Assembly: GCA_003345595.1 (NCBI GenBank)
Contig: PRDI01000089.1
Location: forward strand, 1-11,970
DNA from: Candidatus Thorarchaeota archaeon
GTDB lineage: Archaea > Asgardarchaeota > Thorarchaeia > Thorarchaeales > Thorarchaeaceae
Length of the DNA: 11,970 nucleotides
Reading direction: 5' to 3'
Position 1 is the stretch's first letter. Each line of letters begins with the position of its first letter. Below are positions 6,634-11,970 of this stretch, piece by piece. The position numbers were made by a program, and so were the translations under genes. A model generated the notes under the pieces. It did not search any database, was not told the origin of the DNA, and saw nothing but the letters and a program-made list of their open reading frames with translations.

Positions 6634-7442
6634 TTTCGCTCAGCCATGCTGAGTATTGCTTCCAGAGCCCTCTGGCCCCCTTCGACAACATCGATAGATC
6701 GATCGACCTTCGACTTAGACTCCTCGAAGACCTTGGTGGATATGTCGCCAATCTTGTACCTAGCGTCCAACCTGCTCGCTTCACGCCTGAGCTCCTTTTC
6801 CTTCTTGCTCATGCCCTTCAGCCACTCACGGGCGTCCTTCGCTGCACTCTTTAGTTCTTTTCTGAGCTTCTTAATACTGGTAATCAGGGTGCCATGCTGT
6901 TCTTTGTACACCTGAGGGTCAACAGAGCCCTCTAGCTGTTCAAGCTTCGAGAGCTTGGACTCCTCAGACGCCAGTTCGCTGAGTACGGTTTCAATTGTGA
7001 GAGGGCCCTTGATGCTCATCAGCTCAGCTCGTCTGCTCTTGGTGCGGTCTAGGATCTCCTTCAATGTCCCGGCCCGTGCTGTGAGAACAGCCCTGTCAGC
7101 ATTCTTGAGAGATAGAGCCTGTCGGGTCGCTTGTATCTGACGAATCAACTCATCGAGATCCCTATCAATCACTTGAAGCTCGGCCTTCGCCAGTAACACT
7201 GACAAAGCCCGCTGGTCCACATCTTCTATGGTGACACCGAAATCAGGAATGGGCGGGCTGGATGCGTCCGACGCGGGCATGAGCACTCCGGGAACAGAAT
7301 CGACAGGAGTCACTGGCGGTAATGCCGCTGTGCTTCCATCCAGGTCACTCACCCTTGGGAGAGGGTTCCCGCAAGAGGTACAGAAACGTGCGCGCACTAC
7401 CTCAACACCGCAGAACGGACACACAACGAGCGCTCTTGACAT
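6630..7442 (-). CDS. Zinc-ribbon + CdvA-like coiled-coil protein
   Basis: CPFCG...FCTSCG zinc ribbon, a Pro-rich linker and a long coiled coil with two related turn motifs (LEGSVDPQVYKE, RYKIGDISTKVFEE). Start is ATG 7442 or TTG 7460. Confidence 0.75.
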   Translation of the reverse strand: MSRALVVCPFCGVEVVRARFCTSCGNPLPRVSDLDGSTAALPPVTPVDSVPGVLMPASDASSPPIPDFGVTIEDVDQRALSVLLAKAELQVIDRDLDELIRQIQATRQALSLKNADRAVLTARAGTLKEILDRTKSRRAELMSIKGPLTIETVLSELASEESKLSKLEQLEGSVDPQVYKEQHGTLITSIKKLRKELKSAAKDAREWLKGMSKKEKELRREASRLDARYKIGDISTKVFEESKSKVDRSIDVVEGGQRALEAILSMAERK

Positions 7443-7518
7443 CAGCCATTTCCGCTCCAAAAGACAATATGGGATGATCCATTTGGCCTCATCCGTGATT
7501 CTGAACTCATACAGTATA

Positions 7519-7836
7519 TCACTTGAGGGTTGCTAGCCTACTTGCTGTTTCATCCAATTTCTCCTTCGTGGTCACCACAGTATCCGCGCCGTAGTCAGGC
7601 AACACCTTCAGCTCCTCAATGAGCAGAGCAATTGCTTTGACGGGGTCTATTTCCTTCTTGTCAAGAGATCCATCGGGAAATGTGATTGAGGCCTCAATCC
7701 ACTTCTGCTTCTTGTCATCAGATGGATACAGACAGTAGATGTAGTCGTCATTGCTACAGATGAACGACGGTGTGCACTCCCATGCCCGAGCCAAGAGCGC
7801 AGCAAAGCTCTTTGCATTTGTCGCCTTTTGTGCCAT
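7519..7836 (-). CDS. Hypothetical protein, 105 aa
   Basis: MAQKATNAKSFAALLARAWECTPSFICSNDDYIYCLYP...; GAGGA SD precedes ATG 7836. The longer track start at 7956 overlaps endA and is unlikely. Confidence 0.8.
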   Translation of the reverse strand: MAQKATNAKSFAALLARAWECTPSFICSNDDYIYCLYPSDDKKQKWIEASITFPDGSLDKKEIDPVKAIALLIEELKVLPDYGADTVVTTKEKLDETASRLATLK

Positions 7837-7940
7837 AGGGGATCTTCCTCTTTGGCTGGATGAGGTTGCGACGGAATCACACAGCGGGACCTTATTTGCT
7901 TTGCTAATACACACGAAGGACTGTGGAGCTGAGAAGCAGA

Positions 7941-8507
7941 CTATGGCCGATGCCACTGGAACATGTAGTAGGCAATCTCACCATTCTCCATGACCGTGGC
8001 GACAATGAATTTCTTCCGGACACTCGTCGCTAGCCGTCCCGCCCTGACTATGTCGAGAGGCATGACACCCTTTTTCTGAGGAATCACGTGTACTAAGAAA
8101 GGCGCATGATCGATACCGGGGCCGTGCTCATATACAGCAAAGTCAGTCCCGAACTTGAGGCCGGGGCGAACCACATAGCCAAACTCCCTGAGCTGAGAGT
8201 ACACGAGAAGCCTGTCACTAAAGTCGTCGGACTTGGCTAGGCCCGCGGCAAGCAGCTCTTCCTCAGTCACGTCGTGCCCTTGACGAGGAGCATACACCTT
8301 CAGTGCTCCTCTCTTCATAAGATAGGCGCACTCAATGAGAGATAGCTCTAGAGGCTTATCGAACTCGGCCGACTTCGGCTTCCTGATACCCACAGGCTGC
8401 CCGAAGTAACCGTGGCCATAGAGATGCATCGCGTGCTGAGGATTCCAGACAATCCCTCTGTCGCCAACCAACTCTGCAACAGCCACAACTTCGGACTCTA
8501 CAGACAA
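7941..8507 (-). CDS. endA: tRNA-intron (splicing) endonuclease, single-unit catalytic type
   Basis: 188 aa. YFGQP...LELSLIECAYL in the N-domain, then VYSQLREFGYVVRPGLKFGTDFAVYEHGPGIDHAPFLV and RLATSVRKK, which supply the catalytic Tyr, His and Lys. Confidence 0.95.
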   Translation of the reverse strand: MSVESEVVAVAELVGDRGIVWNPQHAMHLYGHGYFGQPVGIRKPKSAEFDKPLELSLIECAYLMKRGALKVYAPRQGHDVTEEELLAAGLAKSDDFSDRLLVYSQLREFGYVVRPGLKFGTDFAVYEHGPGIDHAPFLVHVIPQKKGVMPLDIVRAGRLATSVRKKFIVATVMENGEIAYYMFQWHRP

Positions 8508-8525
8508 GACCTGACACCAGCTGAA

Positions 8526-9188
8526 TCAAGTGTTCAGGGTGAGAGACAACCCTCTAATTGCGATTGCCGCGTCCTCACTGAAGTTTGCCATCTCTTCCAG
8601 CTGGTTGACAAAATCACGGAACCTGAGAACCGTCGCAAGCGGGATAGGGCTGGGATACAAAAGAGAAACCACGTCTCGCCACTGGGCATCTATGCGTTTC
8701 TCAATCCTGCAAACCTCATCCGCTTTGGCAATTGATGTTTCGATGTTGATGGACAGGAACCTCACAGCCTCTCTCTGTTCGGTCACAATCTCATTGACCA
8801 TTCGCCCCAGTTCAGCAACTTTGGTCCTCAGCTCTCCTTCAGGGACCCAAGACCCCATGACAGCAGCCAGATGATAACAACAGATTTCTGCCCCATCACA
8901 CAATTTGTCGTTGTAGTGGACGAGGCGCAGCAAGTCTTCTCGTTGCATGAGGGTCTGAGCAGTCGAAAGGACGCTCAGCATCGCACGCTTGAGCTCATCG
9001 CCCTTCTCCTCAAGGGCAGTGATCCGAGATAGCTCCTCTGCGCTAATCGATTGGTGCTGTTCGATCCATGCGGTCATCGCATTAGTGACCATCTTTGTCG
9101 CCGATAATGCAACTCTGAAATGCTCATCAAGCATCTGAGTCACATTAGCGAGGTCACTGCTGCTGATTCGGTCACTGTCAAGGACCAC
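8526..9188 (-). CDS. DUF47 / PhoU-like putative phosphate transport regulator
   Basis: 220 aa, all helical, with duplicated motifs LEEKGDELKR / IEKRIDAQWR, REDLLRLV...DKLCD and LEEMANFSEDAA. GGAGG SD at 9197-9201 before GTG. Confidence 0.88.
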   Translation of the reverse strand: MVLDSDRISSSDLANVTQMLDEHFRVALSATKMVTNAMTAWIEQHQSISAEELSRITALEEKGDELKRAMLSVLSTAQTLMQREDLLRLVHYNDKLCDGAEICCYHLAAVMGSWVPEGELRTKVAELGRMVNEIVTEQREAVRFLSINIETSIAKADEVCRIEKRIDAQWRDVVSLLYPSPIPLATVLRFRDFVNQLEEMANFSEDAAIAIRGLSLTLNT

Positions 9189-9229
9189 GTTTTACGCCTC
9201 CAGAATCGAGTCGAGTGCGACCCCAGCAG

Positions 9230-9243
9230 TTTTTAACCCTTTG
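9230..9243. promoter_or_regulatory. AT box probably shared by the divergent DUF47 and uppP genes
   Basis: Reads TTTTTAA on + and CAAAGGG-TTAAAAA on -, centred in the 88-nt divergent gap. Confidence 0.5.
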
Positions 9244-9276
9244 GTAATATGCGGCTCTTGCAGCAGGTGAGAGGAA

Positions 9277-10074
9277 GTGGAACTCTGGCAAATCATAACG
9301 GCACTGATTCAGGGGCTGGCGGAGTGGTTGCCAATAAGCAGTCAAGGTATGGTGATCCTCTTCACACAGAATCTAGGCGCTGCTCCAGCTGACTCACTAC
9401 TCGCTCTATCATTTTGGCTCCACCTTGGGACAATGTCTGCAGTAATTGTACGGTATCCGAGAGAAATCGTGCATGTTCTCACCCTGAAGGACAAGACTCT
9501 GTTCTGGCTTCTCTTGATTGCCACTGTAGGCACAGCCCTCACGGCATTGCCTCTATATTATGCTCTCAAGATTGGCGTTCTGGCGCTCTCAGGTGAACTA
9601 CTGAACGTCCTCGTCGGTCTTCTTCTGTTGCTTACGGGTGTTGTCCTCTACGTTACAAGCCACAGGACTTTGGTGATCGGAAACGCGGTTACGGATCATG
9701 AGCTCTCAAACAGAGAGTCCTTCATGACCGGATTGGTTCAGGGCTTCTCCGTCCTCCCTGGTCTAAGCCGCTCGGGAGTCACTGTATCCACTCTTCTCAT
9801 GCAGAAGGTCGAAAAGGAAACAGCATTCAGGTTCAGTTTTCTCATGAGCGTTCCTGCTGTGGTTGGAATTCTCTGCTTGGAGCTGTTGGGTGAAGGAGTT
9901 ACGTTCGGCGGCGTGAGCCCTGTGGACCTAATCGGAATGGAGATAATCGTGTTCCTGACTGGACTTGCCTCGATGGAAGCTCTCCTTCGCCTTGCACGAA
10001 GAGTGTCCTTCTGGAAGCTTTGTGTCGTCCTTGCTCTTGTGGCAATCACCTTCGGGATGCTTGCCCTGTTGTGA
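9277..10074 (+). CDS. uppP: Undecaprenyl/polyprenyl-diphosphate phosphatase (BacA/UppP family)
   Basis: 265 aa, multi-TM, with QGLAEWLPISSQG, LHLGT, GLVQGFSVLPGLSRSGVT and AFRFSFLMSVPA. AGGTGA/GAGG SD precedes the GTG. Confidence 0.93.
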   Translation: MELWQIITALIQGLAEWLPISSQGMVILFTQNLGAAPADSLLALSFWLHLGTMSAVIVRYPREIVHVLTLKDKTLFWLLLIATVGTALTALPLYYALKIGVLALSGELLNVLVGLLLLLTGVVLYVTSHRTLVIGNAVTDHELSNRESFMTGLVQGFSVLPGLSRSGVTVSTLLMQKVEKETAFRFSFLMSVPAVVGILCLELLGEGVTFGGVSPVDLIGMEIIVFLTGLASMEALLRLARRVSFWKLCVVLALVAITFGMLALL

Positions 10075-10080
10075 TCCCGT

Positions 10081-10797
10081 TCATTCGATCCTTTTCTGGA
10101 ACATCATCGCAATAGGAGCATTGGCAGTCCGCCACTCGGCGAGCTTGCCCTCATACTCAAGGGGAACTGGGTGACGACCGTGGTTTCCTATCACTACGAA
10201 GAGAGTCCCAACCCGGGCCTGCTTCAGCAGCACCTTAACCCAATTGTCGGTCCGTCTCACAATCTTCTCGAGCAGAGTCTTGGGCGGTGTTCGGTGGCCA
10301 TATTGGGCATATAGACTCTCAAAGTCTAGGAAGTGAAGGTAAAGAAAACCTGCCTTCGCGATGTGCTTGGTCGACTCAACGTACGTTGCCATGTCATCGC
10401 GGACTTCGACTGTGAAAGTTGATTCAAAGCCTAACGATGCCATGTCCTCTCCATGGCATATCACTTGAACAGACTTGCCGTAGTCCCGAACGTATTGAAC
10501 TAGGTGGAGCCCGCTCGAGCTTCGAAGGAGAGAGTTTGTCAGGGGGATGGCATAGGGGTCGTCTGATTCAATGAGGGCGAGAAGTTCCATGTTCTTAATC
10601 AATGCCTCGGGCTTGCAGACGACTGCCTCAAACAACCCGAAGTTGTCTATCATGATAATCACGACGGCCTTTGGACTGAATCGATCGAGTATCTCTTGGT
10701 TTGCAGGAGGCAGTCCATCTGGTACCATGATGCCAAGCAGCCTGAGGACCGTCGATGGAAACTGTGCCGCCGTCATGTGGACTTGCGGAAACGACAT
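10081..10797 (-). CDS. Alkaline phosphatase superfamily-like protein, degenerate active site
   Basis: 238 aa. FPSTVLRLLGI, VVIIMIDNFG, FLYLHFLDFESLYAQYG and VIGNHG parallel the core motifs of nucleotide pyrophosphatase/PglZ-like proteins. TGAGG SD upstream. Confidence 0.65.
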   Translation of the reverse strand: MSFPQVHMTAAQFPSTVLRLLGIMVPDGLPPANQEILDRFSPKAVVIIMIDNFGLFEAVVCKPEALIKNMELLALIESDDPYAIPLTNSLLRSSSGLHLVQYVRDYGKSVQVICHGEDMASLGFESTFTVEVRDDMATYVESTKHIAKAGFLYLHFLDFESLYAQYGHRTPPKTLLEKIVRRTDNWVKVLLKQARVGTLFVVIGNHGRHPVPLEYEGKLAEWRTANAPIAMMFQKRIE

Positions 10798-10818
10798 TGA
10801 AATTGCCTCATCAATTAG

Positions 10819-10864
10819 CCCAGTGTCAGACGGTGTCGGGTGGCGCTTCCCGGCACACGCTGGG
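10819..10864. other. GC-rich bulged hairpin, candidate structured RNA element
   Basis: CCCAGTGT (10819-26) pairs with ACGCTGGG (10857-64). GTGTCGGG (10833-40) pairs with CCCGGCAC (10849-56). 6-nt bulge, 8-nt loop, one G-U per stem on the + strand. Confidence 0.5.
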
Positions 10865-10881
10865 AGGAGGGACCGTCTACG

Positions 10882-10895
10882 CTTAAGCCTTTGCG
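10882..10895 (-). promoter_or_regulatory. Probable BRE + TATA for the AP-like gene
   Basis: Minus strand reads CGCAAAGG-CTTAAG. Confidence 0.4.
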
Positions 10896-10963
10896 TGATG
10901 CGTTGCCACTGTCTAGAGCAGGTTCATGCTGACAATCCCGTCGAATGTCACAGGCCAACGGCC

Positions 10964-10969
10964 TTTATA
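10964..10969 (+). promoter_or_regulatory. TATA box (TTTATA) for the Get3-like gene
   Basis: TTTATA about 60 nt upstream of the TTG start, with GTGAGG SD at 11019-11024. Confidence 0.55.
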
Positions 10970-11031
10970 GGAATGTACTGCTGGGAAGCATTAATAGACG
11001 AATGAATACGAGGTCGCAGTGAGGACTGGAA

Positions 11032-11970
11032 TTGACCCTCAAGGATATCATATACAAAGACAGCATCAAGTTCATTCTGTCTGGCGGCAAGGGCGGGGTC
11101 GGTAAGACCAGCTGCGCAGGCGCAATGGCCCTTCTCTCGGCGGGACACGGCTACAGAACACTTGTCTTGTCGACGGACCCGGCTCACAGCCTCAGTGACT
11201 CCTTTGACCAGAACTTAAGCGGAGGCGAGGTTGTCCAGATAGAGGGTGTCGACAAACTCTTCGGCCTCGAGATTGACACTGAGAAGGGAATGAAAGAGTT
11301 TCAACAGACCCTTGGATCGAAACAAGCAGGACCTGACATGCAGATGGTATCCCAGCTATTGGGCGACATGGATGGCATGTCGCCGCCTGGTTCCGATGAG
11401 GCAATGGCATTTGGAAAGATGCTAGAGTTCTTAGAGGACTCCTCGTATGATCGAGTGATTTTCGACACGGCACCAACGGGGCACACACTCAAGCTCCTTG
11501 AGCTGCCCGATCTTCTTGACAGCTGGTTAGGCAAGATACTCACGCTCAGGCAGAGGCTCAGTTCTATGATGTCAGGTCTCAAGGCGATGTTTGGCGGCAC
11601 CGCAGAAGAGGACGACTCTTGGGAGATGCTCAAGCAGACGAAGGAGAAGATACGAGCTGCTAGGGTTGAACTCTCAGACCCCGACAAAACACAGTTTGTG
11701 GTAGTACTGATCCCCGAGGCGATGGCGGTATTTGAGACTCAACGTCTGCTGTCAAGCCTGAACAAGTGGCACATACCTGTAAGCCAGCTGATTGTCAACC
11801 AGCTCGTGCCGGAGAACGTGGACTGTGTGTTCTGCAGTAGACGTCGCGAGATGCAGCAATCCAATCTTGCAGACATCAGAGACCTCTATGGCGACCTTGA
11901 AATCACCGAGGTCCCTCTCTTCCAGAACGAGATTCGCGGTATAGACGAGCTCACTACATTAGGTAACATA
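11032..11970 (+). CDS. ArsA/Get3 (TRC40)-family ATPase, Get3-like, 3' end outside the window
   Basis: Not in the ORF track. Stop-free 313-codon frame from TTG 11032: MTLKDIIYKDSIKFILSGGKGGVGKTS...STDPAHSLSD...PGSDEAMAF...FDTAPTGHTLKLLELP...PEAMAVFETQRL...IVNQL...CVFCSRRREMQ...EIRG. Confidence 0.95.
   Translation, partial: MTLKDIIYKDSIKFILSGGKGGVGKTSCAGAMALLSAGHGYRTLVLSTDPAHSLSDSFDQNLSGGEVVQIEGVDKLFGLEIDTEKGMKEFQQTLGSKQAGPDMQMVSQLLGDMDGMSPPGSDEAMAFGKMLEFLEDSSYDRVIFDTAPTGHTLKLLELPDLLDSWLGKILTLRQRLSSMMSGLKAMFGGTAEEDDSWEMLKQTKEKIRAARVELSDPDKTQFVVVLIPEAMAVFETQRLLSSLNKWHIPVSQLIVNQLVPENVDCVFCSRRREMQQSNLADIRDLYGDLEITEVPLFQNEIRGIDELTTLGNI

Noticed and set aside
7837-7956. N-terminal extension of the 145-aa ORF in the track
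   Set aside because: It overlaps endA and looks non-coding. ATG 7836 has a clear SD.
1229-10797. UGA readthrough (selenoprotein) extensions of the TGA-ending genes
   Set aside because: Most proteins look complete at their TGA. The downstream frames I read (pilin-like, microprotein, 8-Cys protein) show no redox motif, and I saw no convincing SECIS by eye. A SECISearch-type scan would be decisive.
10819-10864. Hairpin as a tRNA, SECIS or intrinsic terminator
   Set aside because: It has no cloverleaf, no AUGA/GA quartet or GAA/A loop and no U-tract, and it lies between divergent gene starts rather than gene ends.
10571-11687. ORFs 10571..11005(+), 10948..11187(-), 11192..11488(-) and 11301..11687(-)
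   Set aside because: They are shadows of the AP-like and Get3-like genes or span promoter DNA, and show no recognisable protein features.
1-11970. CRISPR arrays, transposases, integrases or long repeats
   Set aside because: None seen. The window is almost fully coding with short gaps.

Overview
Gene-dense archaeal chromosomal region. TATA/BRE promoters, GGAGG/GAGG ribosome-binding sites, a tRNA-splicing endonuclease and archaeal-type selenocysteine machinery support an archaeon. By inference it is probably Asgard (Thorarchaeia-like), because archaeal Sec machinery is known mainly from Methanococcales, Methanopyrus and Asgard lineages. Three genes are missing from the ORF track: a 3'-truncated SepSecS overlapping the end of selB (<1..1239, -), a 41-aa membrane microprotein (6075..6200, -) and a 3'-truncated Get3/TRC40-type ATPase (11032..>11970, +). 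Other genes: a pilin-like protein, a NapH/MauN-type membrane polyferredoxin, a stand-alone ModE-type regulator, a C2CH zinc protein, a PurM/SelD-fold enzyme resembling methanogenesis marker 2, an 8-Cys protein, a zinc-ribbon/CdvA-like coiled-coil protein, a 105-aa hypothetical, endA, DUF47, uppP and a degenerate alkaline-phosphatase-superfamily protein. A candidate structured RNA lies at 10819..10878. I saw no tRNA, rRNA, CRISPR array, mobile element or selenoprotein gene. All family calls come from motif recognition by eye, not from searches.
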